In this document: in pieces, positions 19,352 to 28,703 of the stretch | How positions within the stretch are numbered: position 1 is the stretch's first letter | Layout of the letters: every line of letters begins with the position of its first letter | Source of the DNA: Candidatus Omnitrophota bacterium | Lineage (GTDB): Bacteria; Omnitrophota; Gorgyraeia; Zapsychrales; Zapsychraceae | Direction of reading: 5' to 3' | NCBI GenBank assembly: GCA_015233495.1 | Contig: JADFXQ010000018.1 | Location: forward strand, 1-34,545 | Length of the DNA stretch: 34,545 bases | The notes under the pieces: generated by a model | What the model was told of the DNA's origin: nothing | Database searches by the model: none | The model's input: the letters and a program-made list of their open reading frames with translations, nothing else | Position numbers and translations under genes: made by a program

Positions 19352-19476
19352 ATCGTAAATATTTCGCATCCCGCAAGGGGCGTCCGCCCCCTACAACGAA
19401 AAATTGCCAAGATCTAAACATTCGCGAATTAAAATGCTTTTTTCAAATGTTTTCGCAATGTTTTAGTAAATTACAC

Positions 19477-19505
19477 TTGACATAATATACAAATTTGTAT
19501 ATTAA
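19477..19505 (+). promoter_or_regulatory. promoter with overlapping perfect 22-bp palindromic operator
   Basis: TTGACA at 19477-19482 directly followed by TAATATACAAATTTGTATATTA (19483-19504). Confidence 0.7.
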
Positions 19506-19511
19506 TAATGC

Positions 19512-20351
19512 ATGATAAATATTAACGAAATTAAGAAAAAAGCGATCGATGACCAGGTCAGCATTTCGCTGGTTTTTCAAGAATTGGTCCAGGCGCATAT
19601 TTTAGACTTTTTCTTTAAAAAAGGGATGTTTACTGATTTCGTATTTCAAGGCGGGACAGCCTTGCGGTTTCTTTATCAGGGCGTGAGGTATTCTGAAGAT
19701 TTGGATTTTGTGTTACGGCGGAAAAATCTTCCTTCTTTCCACGCGTCAGCGGAAGCATTGAGACCATTAGCCGCCCACATGAAAAAGGCGGTTCCGTTTG
19801 TGGGCCGCGTTCAATGGAAAGTTCAAAAAGACACACCCACCTTCAAAAGATATTGTGTGATCATCGAAGCGGATTTCCTTGATGCTAAAGACAAGGTGAA
19901 TATTGAAATCGCCAACATTCCTTCCCGCGATCCCCAAACAACCATTTTAAGACATCCGTTTTTATCCGGCGCGCCGGGGTTGACCGTTGAATCGGCTGAT
20001 GAAATCTTAAGCGATAAGTTTGTGGCTTTTGCCGGGCGAGAGTATATTAAAGGCCGCGACATTTGGGATATCCATTTTTTACTGCGGACATTGAAAGTGA
20101 ACGTATCCGACGCTGTGATCGATATGGTGAAACATAAGATTGTTGATTATGGCCTGGTGAAAGACCGGTTTCAATCCGCTTTTAAAAATAGAATGGCCAG
20201 GTTCGAAACGGAAGGCGAGTTGTTCTTGCGGCAGGAAATGGACAAGTTTCTTCCTTTAAGTTACAAAGCGATGTTTAAAAATCAATATGGTGTTATTTGT
20301 TCTGATGTGCGATCGGTCTTGCTCAAGGTTGCGGAGAGGATTAAAATATGA
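19512..20351 (+). CDS. AbiEii-family nucleotidyltransferase toxin (type IV TA)
   Basis: FQGGTALRFLY..RYSEDLDF signature; EILSDK and KGRDIWD motifs. Confidence 0.88.
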   Translation: MININEIKKKAIDDQVSISLVFQELVQAHILDFFFKKGMFTDFVFQGGTALRFLYQGVRYSEDLDFVLRRKNLPSFHASAEALRPLAAHMKKAVPFVGRVQWKVQKDTPTFKRYCVIIEADFLDAKDKVNIEIANIPSRDPQTTILRHPFLSGAPGLTVESADEILSDKFVAFAGREYIKGRDIWDIHFLLRTLKVNVSDAVIDMVKHKIVDYGLVKDRFQSAFKNRMARFETEGELFLRQEMDKFLPLSYKAMFKNQYGVICSDVRSVLLKVAERIKI

Positions 20352-20935
20352 CGATGCGGGATTGGCTGGCTTTGTTTCAAAAGCACAGCGATATCAAAAT
20401 TTTTCACATGAATCATCTCAAACTTTTGACGACTTTGAATGATCACGCTTTGCGCGTCGCTCTTTACCGCATGAATGGCAATCAGACCGTCAAGCGTATC
20501 TGCCGCGGGTTTTACGCGAATCCTTTCAATCTGCCAACCTTGGAGGAAATTTCCGGCCAGATTTATCAGCCGAGTTATATTTCTCTCGAATCCGCGTTGG
20601 CCTCCTATGGCCTTTTGAGCCAGCTGCCCCGGACGTTGACCTGCGTGACGACTCGACTGCCAAGAACTTTCCGGACAACCTTCGGGGTGATCGCGTATCG
20701 TCAGATGAAAGGGGAGTATTTCTGGGGATCATTGAATCGGGGCTTGTACGCACTGGCGCAAAAAGAAAAAGCCGCAGCTGATTATATCTATTTGACTCCT
20801 CCCAAGAAAAGAGCGGAGACGTTGTCTGCCATTTTTTCTGCTCCGATCGACCGCCAAAAATTAATCAGTTGTTTCTCGCGTTTAGGAATGAAGGAGCAAG
20901 TCAATTTTGACCCGGGAACATTTACAAAAAAATAA
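20348..20935 (+). CDS. AbiEi-like antitoxin / transcriptional regulator
   Basis: RICRGFY wing, PSYISLESALASYGL and EKAAADYIYL motifs; ATGA overlap with the toxin stop. Confidence 0.8.
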   Translation: MTMRDWLALFQKHSDIKIFHMNHLKLLTTLNDHALRVALYRMNGNQTVKRICRGFYANPFNLPTLEEISGQIYQPSYISLESALASYGLLSQLPRTLTCVTTRLPRTFRTTFGVIAYRQMKGEYFWGSLNRGLYALAQKEKAAADYIYLTPPKKRAETLSAIFSAPIDRQKLISCFSRLGMKEQVNFDPGTFTKK

Positions 20936-21007
20936 TGCGGTTAAAAATGTTGTGCTATAATAGCAAAATATTTGACTATAATTATTAATCAGCAAAGGGG
21001 GCAGGGC

Positions 21008-21496
21008 ATGAAAAAGGGGTTATGGATTATTTTGGCGCTGACTGTGGCGTTGACGGGTTGCGGGCAGAAAAAAACCGATCTGACTCAAACCGACGCGGCG
21101 AACATTCTTCCCAACGTGGATTATGTCGCGCAGGGCATGGAGATGCTGCGCGAGAAAAAAATACCTGAGGCGATTCAGAGCTTCAATTATGCCGTGCGCC
21201 AGGATCCCAAAAATCCGGAAAAATATCTTTTCGTATCAGATGTTTACACGCGGATGAAATATTATCAAGGGGCGATTGATGTTTTGCGCGCGGGCACCGC
21301 GGCCGCGCCGCAAAACGGGGATTTATTTTTCCGTTTGTCATTGACATATTATTTGCGGGATGAAGCGGGGGATTTAGCCAACGCCGAAGCCGCGGTCGGA
21401 CAGTGTCTGCAGATTTTCTTAGAACAGAAAAACAAAGACAAATTTGAATTGGCCCATGCCTTGTATCAGGATATCAAGAAGAAACAAATCAAATAA
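21008..21496 (+). CDS. TPR-repeat lipoprotein
   Basis: MKKGLWIILALTVALTG-C lipobox and TPR-like helices; start moved to ATG 21008; TG-C-TATAAT extended -10 at 20953-20961. Confidence 0.75.
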   Translation: MKKGLWIILALTVALTGCGQKKTDLTQTDAANILPNVDYVAQGMEMLREKKIPEAIQSFNYAVRQDPKNPEKYLFVSDVYTRMKYYQGAIDVLRAGTAAAPQNGDLFFRLSLTYYLRDEAGDLANAEAAVGQCLQIFLEQKNKDKFELAHALYQDIKKKQIK

Positions 21497-22185
21497 TGCG
21501 GGAACAACGATTTACCGATAATTGGGGGCAGCTGCTTATTTTGCAAAAAATAGGCGCCTGCCTCTTTTTTTTATTGTTGGCCTATGGCGGGGCTTGGCTG
21601 CCGGTTGACGTTTCTTGGGCAAGCGGCGCGGTTACCCAGCGTCAGGCCATGCGGCAGCGGATTCTGCAGCAAGCCCAGGCCCAGGCGCAAGCCCAAGCGC
21701 AGGCTCAGGCCCAAGCGCAGGCGCAAGCTCAGGCTCAGGCTCAGGCCCAGGCACAAGGGTTGCCCATTCCTTCGGCAGCGGCGTCTACGGCTTCCAATTC
21801 GGCTGCCGCGGCGACGAGTCCCACGACAGTTGTGGATTTAGGCCAGATTTGGAAGCAAATGGAACAATCCAGCGAATCCTGGAATCAGTTAGTGGATCGG
21901 CAACCGAAACAAGTCACGATCAATCGGTACGTAGAATTGTTCGCGCGCCAAGGGGTTATTATCCGCAAAACCTCGGGGCATTACGCGGATATGATCGACG
22001 GTATGGCCCAGCAGAATCCGGATTTCTTAAAGAAACCGTTTCGGGATATTCTGCGGGTGGCGGCAATTTTGGAATATGATTTTGATAATGGTATTGACCC
22101 GGATTTATTGGTCCGGCATGTTTTAGGTGAAGAAGGATATCAGCGGAATTTGGACCGGTTAAAAGTTGTTGGCGAGGCGCGGTAG
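21496..22185 (+). CDS. hypothetical exported/membrane protein with (QA)14 tract
   Basis: Hydrophobic N-terminal segment, QA repeat, Ala/Ser linker, helical C-terminal domain; TAATG coupling to the upstream gene. Confidence 0.65.
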   Translation: MREQRFTDNWGQLLILQKIGACLFFLLLAYGGAWLPVDVSWASGAVTQRQAMRQRILQQAQAQAQAQAQAQAQAQAQAQAQAQAQAQGLPIPSAAASTASNSAAAATSPTTVVDLGQIWKQMEQSSESWNQLVDRQPKQVTINRYVELFARQGVIIRKTSGHYADMIDGMAQQNPDFLKKPFRDILRVAAILEYDFDNGIDPDLLVRHVLGEEGYQRNLDRLKVVGEAR

Positions 22186-22249
22186 GATCAGAAAATTCGT
22201 GCCGGGCACGAAGTATGATGTTTTTCCCGTCAGTAAACGGTCAGCGAAC

Positions 22250-22278
22250 TTGACAAAGTCTTGCTTTAATAGTATTAT
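22250..22278 (+). promoter_or_regulatory. sigma70 promoter for carA
   Basis: TTGACA-17 bp-TATTAT. Confidence 0.75.
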
Positions 22279-22288
22279 TTACAAAACC

Positions 22289-22406
22289 GGGCGCAGGCGT
22301 CTTTCATAATTTCGGGGACACATACTTAATTCGGCACATAATCAATGTGGCAAAAAAAATGTACCGAATTAAGTATGTGTCCCCGAAATTATGAAAGACT
22401 TTTTTT
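22289..22406 (+). promoter_or_regulatory. carA leader: hexaloop hairpin overlapping a 41-bp-arm inverted repeat plus T7
   Basis: GGGC-GCAGGC-GTCT at 22289-22302; arms 22299-22339/22359-22399 with 1 mismatch, followed by TTTTTTT. Confidence 0.7.
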
Positions 22407-22437
22407 GTGATATCCCCTCGCGTTTTTAAATTATCTC

Positions 22438-23532
22438 ATGAAAAAAGCGATTCTTTTTTTAGAGGACGGCAAACGTTTCTACGGACGGTCTCTGTCTGTG
22501 GCGGGTGATACTATCGGGGAAGCGGTGTTTAATACCGCCATGACCGGGTATCAGGAAATTCTTACCGACCCTTCCTATGCCGGGCAGATTGTCGTGATGA
22601 CCTATCCCTTGATCGGGAATTATGGCGTGAATGCCGAAGATGTCGAGTCGAAAAAGATTTATTTGCAAGGGTTTGTGGTCAAAGAGTTCTGCCGGCAGCA
22701 TTCCAATTACCGCGCCAATCAAAGCCTTATCGATTATTTAGACCAAAATAAAATTATCGCGATGGAAGGCGTGGATACCCGCGCTTTGACCCGCCATTTG
22801 CGCGAAGCCGGCGCGATGAAAGCGATTATTTCTACCGCTGACTTTGATGAAAAAAGTCTGCAGGCCAAATTAGCGGCTGCTCCGTCTATGGAAGGCAGTG
22901 ATTGGGCGTCCAAGGTCTCCACGGATAAAAAATATGTTTGGCCGTCGCCAGGCAAGCCGCGGTTTAAAGTCGCGGCTTTGGATTGCGGGATAAAAACGAA
23001 TATTTTGCGGATTCTGGGGGGATTGGGCTGTGAAGTTCATGTTTTCCCGTCGAAAACCAAGGTGGAGGATATTTTGGCGGTTTCTCCGGATGGATTATTT
23101 TTGTCGAATGGGCCTGGTGATCCGGCCGCGGTTACGGAGGTGATTAACACTACCAGTCAGTTTTTTGGCAAACTGCCGGTATTCGGGATTTGTCTTGGCC
23201 ATCAGATGATCGGTTTGGCTTTGGGCGGCAAGACTTATAAATTAAAATTCGGGCATCACGGCGCGAATCATCCGGTCAAGGATACGGCTAATGGCCGGAT
23301 CGGGATTACGTCGCAGAATCACGGGTTTTGCGTTGACGTGCAGAGCTTAAATGCCAAGGATGTGGAGATTTTGAGTGTGAATTTGAATGATCAGACGGTG
23401 GAAGGTTTGCGGCATAAAAAATTTCCGATTGTGTCGTTTCAGCATCATCCGGAAGCGTCACCTGGTCCGCATGACGCGCATTATCTTTTTGGGTATTTTA
23501 TTGAGATGATGAAAAAAGGGAAACGCGCTTAA
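22438..23532 (+). CDS. carA: carbamoyl-phosphate synthase small subunit
   Basis: FNTAMTGYQEILTDPSY, LSNGPGDP, GICLGHQ and QHHPEASPGPHD motifs. Confidence 0.97.
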   Translation: MKKAILFLEDGKRFYGRSLSVAGDTIGEAVFNTAMTGYQEILTDPSYAGQIVVMTYPLIGNYGVNAEDVESKKIYLQGFVVKEFCRQHSNYRANQSLIDYLDQNKIIAMEGVDTRALTRHLREAGAMKAIISTADFDEKSLQAKLAAAPSMEGSDWASKVSTDKKYVWPSPGKPRFKVAALDCGIKTNILRILGGLGCEVHVFPSKTKVEDILAVSPDGLFLSNGPGDPAAVTEVINTTSQFFGKLPVFGICLGHQMIGLALGGKTYKLKFGHHGANHPVKDTANGRIGITSQNHGFCVDVQSLNAKDVEILSVNLNDQTVEGLRHKKFPIVSFQHHPEASPGPHDAHYLFGYFIEMMKKGKRA

Positions 23533-23565
23533 TTCGGGATTGCCATATTTTGCGGGATCGCGATA

Positions 23566-23725
23566 GATAAAAAGCGCGCGGGGTTGGCGGGAAGGGCTTT
23601 CGATCGCTGACTTCGGCCTTTTTCTGGAAAAAGAGGTAAGAACGGCCTCAGAACGCGTTCGAAATCCCTTCCCGCCAACCTTTTGGCGCGCCTGCCTGCC
23701 GACAGGCAGGCGGTATTGCAGTCGA
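23566..23725 (+). repeat. dispersed structured intergenic element, copy B, with palindrome inserted at 23691-23710
   Basis: GATAAAAAGCGCGCGG, 26-bp inverted repeat 23582-23607/23655-23680 (2 mismatches), then TTTTGGCGCG[CCTGCCTGCCGACAGGCAGG]CGGT. Confidence 0.75.
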
Positions 23726-23750
23726 TGTTTTGGTGAGGTGGAATAATTAT

Positions 23751-26700
23751 ATGCCTAGACGTGATGACATTCACAAAATTCTTATTTTGGGTGCTGGTCC
23801 GATTGTGATCGGGCAGGCCTGCGAATTTGATTATTCCGGGACCCAGGCTTGCAAGGCCTTGCGGGAAGAGGGTTATGAAATCGTGTTGGTTAATTCCAAC
23901 CCGGCTACGATCATGACGGATCCGGAATTCGCTGACCATACTTATATTGAACCGCTGACTCCGGAATTTGTGGAATTGATTATCGCGAAAGAACGGCCGG
24001 ACGCGATTTTACCGACCTTAGGCGGGCAGACTGCCTTGAATATTGCCATGCAGTTGTGGGAAAAAGGGGTTTTGCAAAAATATAACGTCAAGATGCTCGG
24101 CGCAAATTATGAGGTGATTAAAAAAGCGGAGGACCGGGAGTGTTTTAAGCAGGCGGTGGTTAAATGCGGTTTGGCAGTCCCGAAGAGCGGGTTCGCGCGT
24201 AACATGGATGAGGCCCGGCAGATCGCCGAGGAAATCGGATTTCCGGTGATTATTCGTCCGAGTTTTACGTTGGGCGGCACGGGCGGCGGTTTTGCGTATA
24301 CGGCGGAAGAGTTGGAAGAGGTGGCGGCGCGGGGGATTGAGAGCAGTATGATTCACGAAGTGATCATTGAAGAGTCGATTGTGGGGTGGAAAGAATATGA
24401 GCTGGAGGTTATGCGGGATTATAAAGACAATGTAGTGATTGTCTGCTCGATTGAAAATTTGGATCCCATGGGCGTGCATACAGGCGACAGTATCACGGTG
24501 GCGCCGGCTCAGACTTTGACGGACCGCGAATATCAGGTCATGCGTAACGCGTCTTTGGCGATTATCCGGGAAATCGGAGTGGAAACCGGAGGCTCGAATA
24601 TTCAGTTTGCGGTCAATCCCCAAGACGGCCGCATGGTGGTCATTGAGATGAACCCGCGCGTGTCGCGCTCCTCGGCTTTGGCGAGCAAGGCTACGGGTTT
24701 TCCGATCGCGAAGTTCGCGGCTAAGCTGGCGGTGGGTTATTCGCTGGATGAAATCCGCAATGACATCACTCGCGAAACCCCGGCCTCGTTTGAGCCAACG
24801 ATTGATTATTGCGTGGTAAAGATCCCGCGTTTTACATTTGAAAAATTTCCGGAAGCGAAAGATATCCTCGGTGTGCAGATGAAGTCGGTCGGCGAGACCA
24901 TGGCGATCGGGCGCACTTTTAAAGAGGCTTTGCAAAAAGGGTTGCGCGGTCTGGAAATCGGGCATCAGGGTTTGGATAACAAGGTTGATTATCGCAAAAT
25001 CAGTAAAGATAAATTACGCGATCGGCTGGCTAATCCTAACGCTTCGCGGATTTTTTATATCAAATACGCTTTGCAAAAAGGCTGGTCTATTGATGAGATT
25101 GCCGCGGTCAGTTTGATCGACCCTTGGTTTCTCGGTCAGATGAAACAGATTTTGGATCTGGAACGGGAATTGGTGGAAACGTTTCAGCGGGTGGAAGACA
25201 TCCCGGCGGAGCTGCTGCGGCGGGCGAAAGAATATGGGTTCAGCGATGGTCAGTTGGGTCAGATTATGGACAAGACCGAAGCGCAGATCCGGGCTTGGCG
25301 CAAGGCGCGCGGCGTGATCGCGACATTTAAGCTCGTGGACACCTGCGCGGCGGAGTTTGAGGCGTACACGCCGTATTTTTATTCCACGTATGAGACGGAA
25401 GATGAGGTCGCGATTCAGATTCAGAAAAATCAAAAACCGGGCGAGCCAGCCAAGAAAAAGATCATGATTCTGGGCGGCGGTCCTAACCGGATCGGCCAGG
25501 GGATTGAATTTGATTATTGCTGTTGTCACGCGTCGTTTGCTTTGAAAGAGATGGGGTTTGACACGATCATGGTTAACTCCAATCCGGAGACGGTTTCTAC
25601 GGATTATGATATTTCGGACCGGTTATATTTTGAGCCTTTGACTTTTGAAGATGTGATGAATGTGGTGGACGCGGAAAAACCGGACGGGGTGATTGTGCAA
25701 TTCGGCGGACAGACGCCGCTGAATCTGGCGTGGAAATTGCATCAGGCGGGCGTGCCGATCATCGGCACTAGCGTCGAGTCGATTGACACGGCAGAGGACC
25801 GGGAAAAATTTTCCAAAATGATTACCCGGCTTGGCTTGTTGCAGCCGGCCAATGGTTCGGCGCACAGCACCGAGGAAGCCGTGGCTGTGGCCCGGCAGAT
25901 CGGTTATCCGGTGTTAGCGCGGCCCTCGTTTGTTTTGGGTGGACGGGCTATGCGGATCGTTTATGATGAAAAATCCCTTTTGTCGTTTATCGACGCGGCG
26001 AAAGAGGTGTCGCAGGGCCATCCGGTGCTCATTGATAAGTTTATTGAAGACGCGATTGAGATGGATGTGGACGCGGTCGCGGACGGGGAAGACGTTTTTG
26101 TGGCGGGATTGATGGAACATATTGAAAACGCCGGGATTCATTCCGGGGATTCGGCCTGCGTGATCCCGCCGCCGACTTTGTCAACAGATTTGGTTGAGGC
26201 GGTAAAGAAAATCACCTGCCAGTTGGCCAAGGAATTGAAAGTCGTGGGATTGATGAATATTCAATTCGCGCTTAAAGGCAGTCAGATTTATATTTTGGAA
26301 GTGAACCCCCGCGCTTCGCGCACTGCGCCGTTTGTGAGTAAAGCTACCGGTATTCCGCTGGCAAAGATCGCGGCTCAGGTTATGGCGGGGAAAAAATTGC
26401 GGGAATTCAATTTGTCTTATGACACGATCAGCCGGTTAAAACATTTTTCGGTAAAGGAATCGGTTCTGCCGTTTTCTAAATTTTCGGGAGTCGACATCGT
26501 TTTGGGGCCGGAAATGAAATCTACCGGCGAGGTTATGGGCAGCGGACTGACGTTTGGGGAGGCTTTCGCCAAGTCGCAGATCAGCGCCGGACAGAATCTG
26601 CCGGTGGAAGGCAATATTTTTATCAGCGTGAAAGATGAAGATAAGCGGCCGGTGGTAATGATCGCGAAAAAATTCGCGGATATGGGATTTGGCATTGTCA

Positions 26701-27023
26701 CGACACCCGGAACCGGAAAGGTGTTACGTTCTTTTGGGATTGATGTTAGGGAAGTGTCGCGCTATGATGAAGGGCAGGGTGAGGGCATTAATGCCATGAC
26801 TATGATCCGGGAGCGCAAGATTCATTTGATTGTGAATACGCCTTCCGGGGAGCGCAGTCAGAGCGATATGCGCGCGATCCGTTCCGCGGCGATCGCGCAT
26901 GACGTTCCGTATGTGACTACGCTGCAGGGTGCGTTGGCGGCGGTCAACGGGATTGAAGAACGGAAGAAGAAAAAATTCACGGTTAGGTCGTTGCAGGAAT
27001 TGTATCGGATGAGAGATGCGTGA
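23751..27023 (+). CDS. carB: carbamoyl-phosphate synthase large subunit
   Basis: [15 protein letters not shown], two ATP-grasp halves ([21 protein letters not shown]), MGS domain; start moved to ATG 23751. Confidence 0.97.
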   Translation: MPRRDDIHKILILGAGPIVIGQACEFDYSGTQACKALREEGYEIVLVNSNPATIMTDPEFADHTYIEPLTPEFVELIIAKERPDAILPTLGGQTALNIAMQLWEKGVLQKYNVKMLGANYEVIKKAEDRECFKQAVVKCGLAVPKSGFARNMDEARQIAEEIGFPVIIRPSFTLGGTGGGFAYTAEELEEVAARGIESSMIHEVIIEESIVGWKEYELEVMRDYKDNVVIVCSIENLDPMGVHTGDSITVAPAQTLTDREYQVMRNASLAIIREIGVETGGSNIQFAVNPQDGRMVVIEMNPRVSRSSALASKATGFPIAKFAAKLAVGYSLDEIRNDITRETPASFEPTIDYCVVKIPRFTFEKFPEAKDILGVQMKSVGETMAIGRTFKEALQKGLRGLEIGHQGLDNKVDYRKISKDKLRDRLANPNASRIFYIKYALQKGWSIDEIAAVSLIDPWFLGQMKQILDLERELVETFQRVEDIPAELLRRAKEYGFSDGQLGQIMDKTEAQIRAWRKARGVIATFKLVDTCAAEFEAYTPYFYSTYETEDEVAIQIQKNQKPGEPAKKKIMILGGGPNRIGQGIEFDYCCCHASFALKEMGFDTIMVNSNPETVSTDYDISDRLYFEPLTFEDVMNVVDAEKPDGVIVQFGGQTPLNLAWKLHQAGVPIIGTSVESIDTAEDREKFSKMITRLGLLQPANGSAHSTEEAVAVARQIGYPVLARPSFVLGGRAMRIVYDEKSLLSFIDAAKEVSQGHPVLIDKFIEDAIEMDVDAVADGEDVFVAGLMEHIENAGIHSGDSACVIPPPTLSTDLVEAVKKITCQLAKELKVVGLMNIQFALKGSQIYILEVNPRASRTAPFVSKATGIPLAKIAAQVMAGKKLREFNLSYDTISRLKHFSVKESVLPFSKFSGVDIVLGPEMKSTGEVMGSGLTFGEAFAKSQISAGQNLPVEGNIFISVKDEDKRPVVMIAKKFADMGFGIVTTPGTGKVLRSFGIDVREVSRYDEGQGEGINAMTMIRERKIHLIVNTPSGERSQSDMRAIRSAAIAHDVPYVTTLQGALAAVNGIEERKKKKFTVRSLQELYRMRDA

Positions 27024-27046
27024 GATATCGATGCGGGAATCGCGAG

Positions 27047-27213
27047 GCGTTCGTCGATGTTGTTTCGCGTTTTCGATAAAGGCGCGCGGGTTGGCGAGGC
27101 AATGGTTTTGGCTCAATTTTCCGCCCTTTCCCTAAAAAAGATGATTGAAAGGGCTGCGCGAATTCGCTAAAACCATTTCCTCGCCAGCTTTTAGCGCGCG
27201 GTTTTTGTATCGG
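27047..27213 (+). repeat. dispersed structured intergenic element, full copy C
   Basis: Flanks nearly identical to copy A; 23-bp stem 27090-27112/27166-27188 of different sequence with two G-T pairs and one mismatch. Confidence 0.8.
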
Positions 27214-27270
27214 AGAATTTCTTACAATAGCCAATAACAGGGGCAGCTTTTTGTTTATTAAGGTGGATAT

Positions 27271-28644
27271 ATGTGCGGAATAATTGGAGTGGCAAAACAT
27301 AAAGAGGCGGCAAAGGTTGCCTTTCTTGGGCTTTACGCTTTGCAGCACCGGGGTGAAGAAGCGGCGGGGATTGCTTCTTACGACGGGAAAAAAGTGCATA
27401 TTATTAAAAACCGCGGTTTGATCGACGACGCGATTGGCGAGCGGGAATTGGATGAACTGCGCGGCTCCGCCGCGATCGGGCATTGCCGTTATTCCACTAC
27501 CGGATCGAGCAATCAGGCCAATATCCAGCCGTTTTTGGTTACCCACCGCAATCTTTCTTTCGCGATCGCGCATAACGGCAATCTGACCAACACGGCTGAA
27601 CTTTATCAACAATTGGAAGATGAAGGCGCGGTGTTTCAGACCACTATGGATTCGGAACTGATCGTCCATCTTTTGGCCCGGTCGCGCAACGGCGACATGA
27701 AAAAATGGTTTCTGGAGGTGTTGGCGCAACTGAAGGGCGCGTATTCTTTGATTTTTCTCGTCGGTGATATGATCGTTGGCGCCCGCGACCCGCAGGGGTT
27801 TCGCCCGTTGTGTTTGGGGAAATTGGACGGGAATTATGTTTTGGCGAGCGAGAGTTGTTCTTTGGATTTGTTGCGCGCGGATTTTGTGCGCGAGATCGAG
27901 CCCGGGGAAGCGGTTTTTATCCGCGGCGATCATTTGGAATCCGTGAAGTTGCCGCACGGCAAAGATCAACGCAAGGCCTATTGTATTTTTGAAAATATTT
28001 ATTTTTCCCGTCCGGACAGCGATATTTTCGGGGATAATGTTTATCAAGTGCGGTCGCGTTTAGGGGCGCAATTGGCTAAGGAGTTTCCGGCGAAAGCGGA
28101 TTTTGTGATGGCGATTCCGGATTCGGGCAATTATGCCGCGCTCGGATACGCGAAAGAAATCCAACTGCCTTTGGAAGTGGGGATGATCCGCAATCATTAC
28201 GTGGGGCGCACTTTTATTCAGCCTACCCAGGTTTTGCGCGATTTTCGGGTGCGGGTAAAACTAAATCCGATCCGCAGCGTGCTTAACGGCAAGCGGGTTG
28301 TTGTCGTAGACGATTCAATCGTGCGCGGCACTACCGCCAAAAGCCGGGTCGACGCTTTGCGCCGAACCGGGGCAAAAGAAATTCATATGCGGATCACCTG
28401 TCCGCCGATCAAGTGGCCGTGTTTTTACGGGATTGATTTTCCCAGTAAAAAAGAATTGATCGCCTCGGAGAAAACGGTAAAGGAAATCGCGGATTTCATC
28501 GGCGTGGATTCTTTGGAATATCTAAGTTTGCCGGGCTTATTATCCGTTATGCGCGGAGCGGGCGATTTTTGTCACGCTTGTTTTTCCGGAAAATATCCGG
28601 TGGACGTGCCCACGAACCAGAGCAAGTATTTGTTAGAATCGTAG
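27271..28644 (+). CDS. purF: amidophosphoribosyltransferase
   Basis: MCG Ntn start, LQHRGEE, RYSTTG, VVVDDSIVRGTT PRPP motif, PCFYGIDF and CHAC Fe-S ligands. Confidence 0.97.
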   Translation: MCGIIGVAKHKEAAKVAFLGLYALQHRGEEAAGIASYDGKKVHIIKNRGLIDDAIGERELDELRGSAAIGHCRYSTTGSSNQANIQPFLVTHRNLSFAIAHNGNLTNTAELYQQLEDEGAVFQTTMDSELIVHLLARSRNGDMKKWFLEVLAQLKGAYSLIFLVGDMIVGARDPQGFRPLCLGKLDGNYVLASESCSLDLLRADFVREIEPGEAVFIRGDHLESVKLPHGKDQRKAYCIFENIYFSRPDSDIFGDNVYQVRSRLGAQLAKEFPAKADFVMAIPDSGNYAALGYAKEIQLPLEVGMIRNHYVGRTFIQPTQVLRDFRVRVKLNPIRSVLNGKRVVVVDDSIVRGTTAKSRVDALRRTGAKEIHMRITCPPIKWPCFYGIDFPSKKELIASEKTVKEIADFIGVDSLEYLSLPGLLSVMRGAGDFCHACFSGKYPVDVPTNQSKYLLES

Positions 28645-28703
28645 GGGCGCTCGGTTTGGCGAGTGGTTTGTAATTTGTTTTCGACAACCTTGAGGAATAC
28701 GTT

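Noticed and set aside
19375..19394. Small GTAG-type REP-like palindrome (minus strand GTAGGGGGCGGACGCCCCTT)
   Set aside because: Single short copy in the window with no associated transposase; cannot be told from chance.
1790..27213. Dispersed elements as integron attC sites or a CRISPR array
   Set aside because: No RYYYAAC/GTTRRRY ends, integrase or cas genes; the flanking genes are housekeeping, and there is no regular repeat-spacer periodicity.
26983..28047. Long antisense ORFs (also 858-1556, 9996-10802, 12376-13221, 24018-24965, 31464-32474, 32730-33605)
   Set aside because: Shadow frames opposite well-supported genes, expected from codon bias; no independent motifs.
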